A stretch of DNA of 64,000 nt from Coniocarpon cinnabarinum (taxonomy: Eukaryota), in assembly GCA_051942205.1 (NCBI GenBank), contig JAVECO010000108.1:1-64000 (forward strand), written 5' to 3'. The notes below the pieces were generated by a model, which was not told the DNA's origin, did not search any database, and saw only the letters and a list, made by a program, of their open reading frames with translations. Shown here in pieces: positions 1 to 11,189 of this stretch. Numbering within the stretch: the stretch's first letter is position 1; each line of letters opens with the position of its first letter. The translations under genes and the position numbers were made by a program.

Positions 1-63
1 CACCAACCCCTCCGTCTCCAAATCCATCGTCTCCCCCAAACGTACGACCCCATTGCAGACATA

Positions 64-2180
64 CTAAGCCGCATTAACCTCCCTATCCAGCGTCAGCCAC
101 TCGCCCGCTACATCTTTGGTTCCCCGCTCAACAAGCCAATCCATATAAAGCGCGCACAACTCCCTCGACACCTCGGGAGGCAGCAATCCTTTCTTCCGAA
201 TCTCCTCTAGCGTCTTCTTAATCTCCGCGCGCTGCTCCTCCTCAGCCACGCCTTGGATGCCCATCTCGAACTCGAGACGTGCCTGGCAGAAGACCTTGCT
301 ATCCCAGAAGCGAGCCTGGTGTTGCGAGAAGAGGGATCGTGCTTCTGAGGGGCTGTTCTTGTTGAGCCAGAGGAGCTTGGCCCACGCGGCTATGAGCACC
401 GCTTGTGTGCTTAGAGACGTTGTGGGGGAGGTGACGTGGGCTTGGTAGACTTGCGCCGCGGCGTCGATGCCGTGGAGTCGCCTTTGCAAATTCGCTTGGC
501 CGGTGATTGCGTCCGCCATGTCGGGTACTTGCAGTAATATGGCTGCATAGATATCAGCTGCAATCTGCGACCGGCCTTCGCGCTCTTCAAACAGCGCCCA
601 TTGCAATCGGACCTGTGGCCGTGCAATGGGTGCGTAAAAACACGCAGCGCGCATGTAGATGTGGCGGACTTCCTCCGTTTTATTGGATCGGCCCTGCATC
701 AAGCGCGCATACCGGAGCCAGAGGTCATCATAATACGCTAGCGCCACGAGACAGCGTTCATACAGAAAGGTGATCCGGTCGGGATGCCCTTCCGACTCTT
801 CAAAGTCCAGATACCTCCGCCAGAGGTCAAGCTGCTCGTCTTCGACTTCAGTGACGTGGAAGTAAGGGCGCTTGATGTGCTGTTCAAAAGACCAGCGCTT
901 GTTGACTTCATTCTGCGTCTTGCGGAATTTCTCACTGTGTACTGCCTCCGCGCGCGGTCGAAGGGCCGCTTCCATCTGAGTATCAGAGGGGCCCGTACCG
1001 TTGGCCATTTCGTACTCGGCTTTGAACTGGGCGTAAATGTCGGAGGGCAGCGTGTTCTTGACGGCACGCTGCTGTGACAGACGCTGAAATCGATCGTAGT
1101 ATTTGGCGTATTGGTGGAGGGGGATTTCGATAAGGCGGGTGAGGATGGCGAAGATTTGATCGTGCGACTCGCTTCGCTCTTCAAACTCGATATACTTGTC
1201 CCAGAAAGGGTGGGCCATGAAGTCGATGCCGATAGTGTTGGCGCCGCGCTCAAAAAGCCTTGCTTGAGGTCAGTTTGTCATCAACCAAGAGGAATGGGGT
1301 GGCGGGGAAGAAGGGATAGGGAATGGGAGGAAATACGATGTCATGAGTGCAGCAGACGGTTGAATGAATTGTCTTGACATGACGAATGCGTTTCAAGTAG
1401 AACGGCGCATTTGCGGCCTGTGCGGAAGGAACGTGAAGCGGTTGAATGATAGGCCTCCCAGCTCCTAACTTGTTGAAGGTACCTTGCTTCGCAAGTATGG
1501 AGTGCTCGAAACGAGAAAACAGACGATGTCATGTGTTCAGGAAGTTCGCCAGCGTGTGATTGCTGCCAATGCGCTGGCTCAGTACATGGAAAATTCGGGG
1601 TAAGGCCTCAAAAGAGACTGGGGGGGGTGGGACAAGGGGCTCAGGGTAGATCAGTTCTTCCTGTCCGTACTTACTCCCGAATGAGCTCAGGTTCGTGGGT
1701 TGTTTCGCATTTGAAGCCGCAGTAGTGCACCCATAAGTCAACGGAATATGGGATGCTGGCAACACCTCGCTCGTACACCTGAAATCATTCAGCCATCTCT
1801 GAGGTACATTTGTAATTGGATCTTATGCGTACCAGCTCAGCAGCCTCGGTGCCCGCGATCGAGAATTCAGAGTCGGCATACTTCTTCCAATAACCAAAAA
1901 ATAGAGGGAACTTGGCGAGGAAGCGGTCATAAACGCCACGGAAGGCTGTGATGGCTTGTGGACTCGAATTTCGGTTCAATCCACCCTCTTGCGACTCCGC
2001 TGTATTGACGAGCGCCTCCCATTTCTCGTAATTGTCCGGATCGCGCGACTGTTCATTATCGTTAGTCGAGGCTTGCGACTCCAAGGCATCGAGTCGTTGG
2101 ACCAGCCGACATACCGATTCTTCCCAGAGCTTTCTAAGTTCCGGAACAAGATAGGTCACGAACTCCTGATCGTTCTCCAT
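64..2180 (-). CDS. PRP39: U1 snRNP pre-mRNA-processing factor 39 (HAT-repeat protein), 4 exons
   Basis: Motifs FLAKFPLFFGYWKKYAD, HPFWDKYIEFEER, IKRPYFHV, LYERCLV. ATG at 2180; introns ~2050-2113, ~1780-1831 and 1259-1674 with GT...CTRAY...AG signals. Confidence 0.93.
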
Positions 2181-3547
2181 GGCTAGCAGACCAGCCACGG
2201 ACTGATCAACAGAACTCGAGTTGCGCAAAGATGCTTAGAGGCTGATGAGCAATGGAGAAAAACATTAGGAGAGCGGCCGGCGTCTGTATGCGCTAATCCC
2301 GAAATAGCTCGAAAGGTGCCGCCCCAGCTAGCTGTAGCTGATGTCATCTTCATCTTGATCACATTGTTGCCGGACCATTAGATTGCCTTGAGGAGTCATA
2401 CATCCGGAGACCACATCATCGCTGAAGACGTCGCCTGGGAGGGTTCTTTGAGACCTAGAAGTACTCGTCGAATCTGTTGTGAGCACTGGGGGCCTATACA
2501 CCAATGAAAGCATGGTTGGTCAGCGAGCATCATATGACAGTTGAGACCTGTCAGTATAAAACATGCATGCACAGCATGTAAAGTGAAGTTTTGTCAGGGT
2601 TTATTCACTTAGAGTTTGCACTAGGAGCTTGATGTGAAGGTGATCGAAAAAGCGACCATCCAAGCTCTACATGGCTCATATCTACCATGAAAATGGTTAA
2701 TTTAACTTTGGCCGTGATCACTTCGAAACCAATTTCATTGAAACGGGCGAAGGTTTCCTCTGATGAAGCACAGAATCCAGAATGCTTTAACGAGATCTGG
2801 AGGATGCTTGGAGTTTGCGTGTCACATTATAGGTGCACAGTATAGGCAAAGAAGAAGTAACAGCCACAACCAGTCAAACGCAATCACGTATTTCACCTGC
2901 CAGGATCACGAATATGTATGACTGGTCTTTCCTTCTTTCCTCGCTTTAATTCCCTTCCAATTTACCGGCCGTTCGCGCTACTCACGATCGCATTAGGATC
3001 CTGCCCTACTGGGTATGAGAGCCAGATGATGTGTTCACTCGCGTCGACCGGAAGAGCAAGCATGGTACTAGCGATCTGTCCTCGGGCATGGAAGCATAGA
3101 GCCTCCTCATCTTGATAAGTTCGACGTCGCCTGCAACTGCATTGCACAGCGCGGGTTGCGGGCACTGTGGCGTACGTATACAGATACGGATGAGACATCC
3201 CATCATTTAGCCAGACTGGTTACTCTTCTTACGATCTAAAATTGACCGCCTTTTACTCATTTTCTATCCGGCGTTAAGTAGACTCTTTTCTTGGTAATCT
3301 TGTCGCAGTTCGAGTCACAGCATCTCATGAGACGTTCAGGTTCTGTGTCGAACCCGCTCATGTGAGCGACTAATACCTAGCGAAGCCTGCTATTCTTATT
3401 TTAGGGTTGTGAAGTATATCACTGTGCTTAAGTCACTGACGCGATCTCACAAATGTGATGACAGGGTCGAGATATATTTTCATAGCAAGTTAAGATCTTT
3501 AAAGAGCTTCTTGAGAATAAATGATATCGCACATCAAGACAATCCAA

Positions 3548-4341
3548 CTACTGCCTCTTCTTCCCCTCCCCACCACCCTTCACACCCTCCACAGACCGTC
3601 CCGACCCACCCTCACTCCTCCGCCGATCCTTTTCCTTCGCAACCTTATCCATGGCTTCCACCTCCTGCGCCTCCTTCCTCTGCGCATACCACTGCCCCGC
3701 CTGCAACACCAACACCCCCATGAGCACCAGCGCCAAAATCGTGTTACTCGCCGCCATGACCTTCAAGCTGTCCTCGCGCCCCACCAAATGCTGCAATGCG
3801 GTCTCGCCCAGCTCTTCTTTCTCCGCTTCTGTCAGCGCACTCACGTCGCCGTATGCGCCCGTTGAGACGATCCGCAGGCCCTTGACGATGTTCGAGACGT
3901 ATACGGCCACGGCGCAGACCCAGAGCACGAGACTCGCGCCATCAAACAGCATGTTCGCTTCTGATGGTTTGTACAATTTCAACAGCAGACCTAAGAAGCC
4001 GGTGCCGATCATCATGTGCAGGATTCGCGAGACGATGGGAGGTGACTGGTGCAAGAAGCGCAGGTGCGACTCCAGCAGCTGGAGGTACGGTTCGCGGGCG
4101 GGCTCGGACGCGGGCTGCGTGATGGTGGCGTTGAGCTGGAGGAGGGCGGTAGCGGGTAGGGAGCCTGATTGCGGAGTCGCCCAGAGGACATAGTAGTCGT
4201 AGGGAAAGATGGAGAAGAGCATCCCAAGGAAGAAGCAGGTTGCTGGGAGGTATTAGTCTTCGCTTCAATTTCTCTTGTATTCGCTCCCCCAAGCTCACAT
4301 CCTATGATGAGAAACGACGCAAAGGGGCTTCCTTTGGCCAT
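3548..4341 (-). CDS. SHR3: ER membrane chaperone for amino-acid permeases (Shr3 family)
   Basis: MAKGSPFASFLII start, one intron (~4243-4298), FPYDYYVLW, LYKPSEANMLFDGASL, MAASNTILALVLMGVLVLQAGQWYA, charged C-tail. Confidence 0.9.
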
Positions 4342-5884
4342 GGTGGGCGATGCGCGATTGTTTGCGGGGTCAGCTGTTCCGTTGGTACCGGCGGTGTACG
4401 GAGAGGATCTGAAGCAGGACGACCTGAGCAGAAAACATGCAAAGGGATGTGCGAAGTGCGCAAAAGCTTGCGATAGGGTCGTCTGCGCAAGTGAAAGCAC
4501 GCGACGTTGCAATACCGGCTGAGCAGCGCAGACTTTTCGTACGGTGAACGGACTGGATGCCCAGCTACAACACATGTGATTGCCAAGACTTCTTGTGTGA
4601 GACGGGGCAGCTGAGAAGTATCAATTTCCACACTCAGTCTTGCAAAACATCGCAAAGCTTTTTGATACAGACTGTCGATTGCCCAAAATTGTCCTAGTGA
4701 TCCGTATAACGACGTGCGGCAAACCCTGATCTTGTAACCATGGCCCGCTGCGATGGCTTGCTTGCGAAGCCCAGGGACTGTTACCATACTGGTATACCCA
4801 GCGCAAGTGAGCTAATGACATTGAGATCACTCTGGATATATACAAACAACGCGCTTAAAGATTGAAAAATCCAAAGTATTCCTAAGCTTCTGGTACGGCT
4901 TCGCCGCAATAAGAGGGTTTGGTGAACTGGCAGGGGTGCTCTCAAGATCACCTGAAGCAAAACTTGATGGAAGAGACGCGTTGATTAATGATGCACTGAC
5001 GCGCGGTTGCTTCACCGTCGTGTAGGACAAATTAGTGCTCTTTGAAGTCCTGCAGCAGCATCGAACAATAGCTGTAAACAATGTTGCACGTCTGGAGTTT
5101 CTAGTCTACAACGATATGGAGCGCATCTCCGCCGAGCATTTGAAGAGGAGCGTTTGCATTTCGTAATATTATTAAATTGAGTACCTGAGTAGTGCTTACA
5201 GAGTTCTACAGCATCGGGAAAATCGGCGACATCATTGCAAGTGCATGTCGTTTGCGTTACCCGCGCTGCGCATGCGCATGCGCACTCGCACTCGTACTCG
5301 TTTACGTTTAGCTGGGTGGTGAGATCCAATAGGGGCTGAATGCATGTAAGCAGACCGCAAAGGAACCAAGCCAAATGAAGTAAAACGTTCGCTGAACGAA
5401 ACTTGACCTATCCTCAAGATTAGTGTGCTGTTCGAATGGCAGATACCACTGACCGCTGCTGGACACTAATGCCCTGAGTAGATACTTTCAACACCGTCAC
5501 TGGACACCGCTCTAACGACTGCGAACGCGTAGGGCACCGCCATGACATCTTGTCAGCGCTTTGCCTAAAAGCTTGCTCGCTCCCCCTGCACATTCCAACA
5601 TGCGTACCATCCTGCGTTCATGTGTAGTCAGATACGCTATTCTTTGCCCTGAGAATTTCAAATCAATGTGCGCAGTCTCAACTTCCGTTGACCAGAATCG
5701 GTATGAGGTTAGATGACAGTGTCTATCTTACAATGCCCTTTCTCGTGTTCATGTGCCTTCTCGATGACAAAAGCTGGCTTGAGAGTATTATAAGAAGGTG
5801 ACAAAGTCCTCTAGTAGCTCTCTCAATACTCATCTTCATCTTCTACGAAGTCTTGTTCAGGCCAAGAGAAATCTCCTTGCCATC

Positions 5885-7087
5885 ATGCGCACCGCCCTGC
5901 TATTAGCCGCATTGACGCTGTCTCTCTCCTATGTATTTGCTGCGCCAACCACCGAAACACCCATCCAGATTCCAGAGAGCTACAAGAACGGCTTCAAAAA
6001 TCCCATCGTCCAGCAGTCAGCCGGCGGCAGAGCCACATGCATCACCGGCATGATCGACGTCACCGCCTCTTCCAACAACACGCTTCTCAAGCTCGAAGAG
6101 CCCGCGAACCAGACCGTCGTCACCGAGTTGGTAACGGAGCTGCTGCAAGTCAACTCGGTGCTGAGTGAGCGGCTTGCCGGAGGCATCAATTCCATCAGTG
6201 GCACATATGGCATCAACTCGCGGCTGTGTTTTCCCAATAATGGCACCATTGATAATAACACGATCCAGTTCCTGATCCATGGTGCCGGCTTCGATGGCAC
6301 ATACTGGGATCTCGCACCCAATTATTCGTATGTCGACTTTGCCGCTGAGCAGGGCTATACGACATTTTTCTATGACCGTTTGGGTACAGGTCTCTCGGAC
6401 CGACCAGACGCACTCCAGACGGTGCAGCTTTCAATGCACATCGAGATAGCGCATGAGCTCGTCAAACTCCTGCGCAACGGAGACGTCGCTGATTCTGCAT
6501 TCAAAAACGTCCTCGCAGTCGGCCACTCCTTCGGCAGCTTCAACATCGCGGGCGTCACAGCCAGCCATCCCACCGACTTCGCCGCCGCAATCTTCACCGG
6601 CTTCTCCGCCTCCATGGCCGGCATCCCCGTCGGCGAAGCGACGTTGGATTCCTCCATCGCATCAGAGAACCAACCCCGACGTTTCGCAGGACTGTCAAAT
6701 AGCTATCTCGTCACTAATACAATAGAAGGTCTGCAGTCTTTCTTCTTCCGCGCGCCGGGCTTCGATCCCGCGATACTATCCCTCGCCGAAGCGAAGAAGC
6801 AGACGTTTGGGCTCGGCGAGATGCTGACGTTGGCGCCGCCAAGGGTATCTGTGGATTTCACGGGTCCGATCGACGTGGTCAATGGCCTTAACGATTTGCC
6901 GAATTGTTACGGCAATTGCTTGTATCCTGAGAATCTGGCGGCGCAGGTTAAGGATGCGATCTTCCCGGCGGCAAGGAACTCGAGTAATTATCTGGCGCCG
7001 GTTACAGGGCATGGGTTGAATTTCCATTATTCGGCGGACGCTGCGTGTGCGCATATTCATGGGTTCCTCAAGGAGAACGGCTTTTGA
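5885..7087 (+). CDS. Secreted alpha/beta-hydrolase-fold protein
   Basis: Signal peptide MRTALLLAALTLSLSYVFA; HGAGF oxyanion motif; YDRLGTGLS; GHSFG nucleophile elbow; C-terminal GHGLNFH; intronless. Confidence 0.88.
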   Translation: MRTALLLAALTLSLSYVFAAPTTETPIQIPESYKNGFKNPIVQQSAGGRATCITGMIDVTASSNNTLLKLEEPANQTVVTELVTELLQVNSVLSERLAGGINSISGTYGINSRLCFPNNGTIDNNTIQFLIHGAGFDGTYWDLAPNYSYVDFAAEQGYTTFFYDRLGTGLSDRPDALQTVQLSMHIEIAHELVKLLRNGDVADSAFKNVLAVGHSFGSFNIAGVTASHPTDFAAAIFTGFSASMAGIPVGEATLDSSIASENQPRRFAGLSNSYLVTNTIEGLQSFFFRAPGFDPAILSLAEAKKQTFGLGEMLTLAPPRVSVDFTGPIDVVNGLNDLPNCYGNCLYPENLAAQVKDAIFPAARNSSNYLAPVTGHGLNFHYSADAACAHIHGFLKENGF

Positions 7088-7959
7088 AGAATGGACGTGC
7101 AGAACAGTGATGTGGGGAGAGCTGGCAGTGTGACGAGTGAAGCAGCGCAGTCTGAGTTAATGGTCGCTCTGTTTGCTGGGTGCCATCTTTGAGACGGTTT
7201 CGTACCTAGATATAGCAATTGGGGACTGGATTCTTTTGTTTCCCGATTCAAGAAATGTATACACGTCGTTGTGCGGCTGTTTGGTTCCACATGGCCAACA
7301 AAAAATATCTACAACGCCACCGACGACTACTCGATATCATTGTGATAAGAGCAAGGAGACACAATACGTGATTGTACCGTAGCAATCACAAAGGAAAGTT
7401 ATTTCCAGATGTTCGCAAGCATGGCGAGGCATAAGTCTGGAGAACAGCCTCTAACGTAACGAAATACGGGATCTCAGAGCCATGTAAAGGACGGCGAAGG
7501 GTGCATGCACTTTTTTAAGGACCGTATTTGGCTGCGGCAAGTGCTCTTATCCGAGACTTCTACCGTCAAGAACAACAATAAGCCTATCCCTTCGCGCCCT
7601 GGTGCAAGCTCTACTGCGTCAAGCCGCCGTATTCGAATCGGTATATTTTTGGGCTTCCAGAACTCGCGAGCGTAGAGTTGAATACCTGATCCAACAAGAG
7701 GATCGGTCAATCGAGGAAAATGTACCCCAGCCTCTGTGAAGTTCCATGGAAAGAGTCTCAAACAAGAGTGCATACCGCAGTACGATTAAGTGCTTTGTAA
7801 TGCATTAAGAGCAGTCGCCACTGGGCCGCTGGCTTTATAGGTATATATGTTCCCATACTAAGGACTCTTCGCCCAGACTCTGCGCAGGACAAGTGTGAGA
7901 TGTAGTAACGACGTCGAGGACGTCTTCTTTGCGGCCTTGCTATCGCAGTACGGGAAAAG

Positions 7960-7965
7960 CACGTG
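7960..7965 (+). promoter_or_regulatory. CACGTG E-box, candidate Pho4/NUC-1/PalcA site upstream of the PhoD phosphatase
   Basis: Exact CACGTG ~335 bp upstream of the ATG of a phosphate-scavenging enzyme; a single hexamer, so weak evidence alone. Confidence 0.4.
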
Positions 7966-8296
7966 ACGGGGTCTCTAATGGGGCCCGGGCGTCCGCCAAT
8001 GAAATCCCTTGCTATAACCATGTGCTCTCTCCGCAGACATTGACATTTTTACTTGGCTGCTTGGTCTTACTCGTTGTTTTTCGCATATGCGAGAAGCCGC
8101 CATGGCCCAGTCTAGCAGCTCCGATTCAGGCTCATGTGAGCACCATGGCAAGCGTGTCTAATCAGCTTCTTGTCATTGGATGCCACCGTGATCTCTTGTC
8201 GGGCAATGGCTGCTTCACCTCTCGACATGGACCTCAAAAGGTCCGGACTTCCTCCTTTCGTCCCTACCTCGAACCCTGCATTTCCTCAACGCCGTC

Positions 8297-10406
8297 ATGA
8301 CTATTCTCCGTGCGGTCCTGGGCTTCGCAGCTCTGGTTTCAGCAAGCTGGGTGCGTCTGTTCTTCGGCATCCTTGCATTGGCCATGCAAACTTCTCCCAG
8401 GACTCGCTGACAACCAGTAGAATGGCAATCTCAATTACCGCAGCCCATCTGCGCATCATCCAGGTCTGGGCGTCAGTGTCCATAAGGTAGCCAAGCGTAA
8501 GTTGTCCAGCTCATGGCCAGTCACAGCTTTCCCCAGCTTCTCAGATTGACCTCAATGTAGGGAATGTGAATGCAAGCCCATGGGATCCAGCGCAGCTCAA
8601 CTTCACTCATGGCGTTGCGTCTGGTGATCCCTATCCAGACTCAGTTATCCTGTGGACCCGAGCTGCTCCAATGCAAGACAATGACCACTCCAATGTCACT
8701 GTCAGTGGCTTCGTTCCTCTCTACGACCACTCCACAGATCCCTACATTAACGTGAGCACGAGCCCTGTGTGCGTGGACTGGAAGGTCTCCGAGACAAGGG
8801 ATTTACAAGCGCCGATTGCTACTGGAACGGCACACACAAGCTCCGATGTTGACTTCACCGTGAAGGTATTGCACTCCAGTTAACGTGCCCAAGACGATTG
8901 AAGCTGAAGTGACTTTAGGTCGAAGCTTCCGGTCTTAGTCCGTATACCCAATACTACTATCAGTTCAATATTTGTAACTCCGCAAACAACACTTCGCCTT
9001 TGGGACGAACCAAGACAACCCCGGGCCCCAACGACGATGTCGATAACATTGGTCTGTCCGTGTACTCATGCTCCAATTTTCCATTCGGATTTTTCAATGC
9101 GTTTGGCAACTCTGCTCGAAAAGACTCAGTCGACTATGTCATTCATCTTGGCGATTATATCTACGAGTACAAGAACGGGGACTACGGCCAGGGCCAGACC
9201 ATTGGTCGTGTTCCGCAGCCTGACAAGGAGATATACTCGCTCTACGACTATCGAAGACGACTTGCGAATTATCGAGAGGATTTTGACCTGCTATTGAGTC
9301 ATCAACAATTTCCATGGATACCCGTCTGGGATGACCACGAGGTAGCTGACAATACCTATCGCGATGGGTCAAGTGAACTCAACAACACAGAGCAATCTTT
9401 TGTACAGGACGGTGGCGTGTCTGTCGACCAACGGAAGATGAATTCTGTTCGTGCTTACTTCGAATGGATGCCAATTCGACAGGTAGAAATGGACGACAAC
9501 CTTCGGATCTGGCGAAGCTTCTCCATTGGCAACCTGATCGATCTCTTGATGCTCGACACGAGACAGTATGACAGATCCATCACAGACCTCTACTGGAACA
9601 CGGACTATGTTCGTGAGATCTCAAACGACGCTGGTCGGTCAATGATGGGCTCCCGGCAGGAGAACTGGTTCTACGATCAACTTTCCGCATCAGCCGCGCG
9701 CGGTGCTACTTGGAGGCTCATTGGTAGTCAGACTGTGTTTAGCAGGCAAAATGAGTCTGTCGCGTATGGCTCACAGGACCCTTTCGACTATGACGCTTGG
9801 GACGGCTATCTCGCGAATCGCAATCGCACTCTCAACCATCTGTACTCGAACAACATCAACAACAACATCATGATGGCGGGCGACTCGCACTTGAACTGGG
9901 TGTCTGATCTCGTTTGGTTGGACCCGGAGAGCTTTGGTCCCAACTCAAACGCAGGAAACCTTCCGCCATATGATAACAACACTGGCGCTGGGGCCATTGG
10001 CGTCGAGTTTGCTGGAACCGCTGTCTCGAGCCCAACACCACTCGGTGCCAACGTCTCGATTGCCTTCGCCAATAATGCCAGTCGTGCTCTGGTCGCTGAC
10101 AATGCAGAGCTCCAGTGGCAAGAGGCATACTATCGAGGATACTACGAATTGCAAATCAGCAAAGCATTCATCAATGCGAGTTACTTTGGCATGCCGACAA
10201 TTGTCACGCGCAACCCGTTCGAGATCCCACTGGCAAACTTCTCGGTCGTGAGTGGTGCCAACGCGCTGTCGAGACCTATTGCAGGGGGTACCGTGGAGAA
10301 TGGCGCTCTGAGCCAAGGCTCGGTCGTAATGACGAACATCACAAACGACACAAGCATTGCGGGAGGGTCGTGGTTTATTAGCCATGACGACATGGAGGTC
10401 TTGTAA
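8297..10406 (+). CDS. phoD: Secreted PhoD-family alkaline phosphatase, 4 exons
   Basis: Signal peptide MTILRAVLGFAALVSASW; FTHGVASGDP, HLGDYIYEY, WDDHEVADN, MLDTRQ, DAWDGY, AGDSH motifs; introns ~8351-8420, ~8497-8560, ~8866-8918. Confidence 0.93.
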
Positions 10407-11189
10407 ATGTAGCCTTAGACAATACATACTCGAGATGAAAGGATTGCCGTCGAAGTAAATGACACTAGGCATGACATACTCCCTGACATCCTTAAATTGG
10501 GACTGACCCCCCGCACAACAGAATGTCCATCTTTTGAATCCTGTTTGCACGACTTGCACTTCTGGAAACAGCCTCTGGTCGTTGTTTCGGTACGCTAAAA
10601 GTAGCCGCTCAAACGCATTTTCGATAAGATATGAGAATTTCCCGTAGGAATTGACAAGGCGTTTTTGCTGTTCGGCGAGATGCATGAACCTGTCTACTTC
10701 AGCGACGTGCACGCAACCCTTCCCTCACAGCTGCATGTCATTGACCCGAAAAAGACAAGCCAAGCGCTGCAAATATGGCAAGAGATTGCCTCGACCTTCA
10801 AACGATGATGCTGGGCATTGCGGTCTGGCTTCTAAGAAGCTTGGTCAGTTCAATATGTGGGATTGGAACGCCGGCGAACCCGGAAGACACTGTTGAGCCC
10901 AAGTCGAGAGTCAAGTTGACAAGCTGAATCGGCCGAAAGCACTAAAGCGCACGAAGTAATTCGATGTGCTTGCCAGAATCTTCCCTGCAGATCAAGACGC
11001 CTCGCGTGTGTAGCTGATGCAAGCTATACATCGCTCTCATTGGCTGACCATGGGCGCCTACAGTCCACACTTTGGTTCGACCTCACAACCTTCTCATGGT
11101 TATCCTTATATGCATTTCTATGACCGTGCCTAGTGACACGGCTCAGCATCGCGTCATTTGCCATTCTTTGAGGCAACGTTTTAGCGGTC

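Noticed and set aside
1259..1674. TPP riboswitch or RNase P/MRP RNA in the PRP39 intron
   Set aside because: No CTGAGA...ATACC...TGAT...AATACCAGCG-type core and no paired P4 consensus found.
3300..3320. GTTCGAGTC as a tRNA T-loop
   Set aside because: Flanks do not form a T-stem, and no acceptor, D or anticodon arms are evident.
3399..3410. AACCCTAAA (minus strand) as a telomerase RNA template
   Set aside because: Too short, no recognisable pseudoknot or CR4/5, and the interval is small for a Pezizomycotina TER. The 57579 motif was likewise rejected as it sits in a short divergent promoter.
5012..5374. 120-aa Cys-rich ORF (EYECECACACAAR)
   Set aside because: The Cys pattern derives from a short GCGCAT/GCACTC tandem repeat; non-ATG start; no family features.
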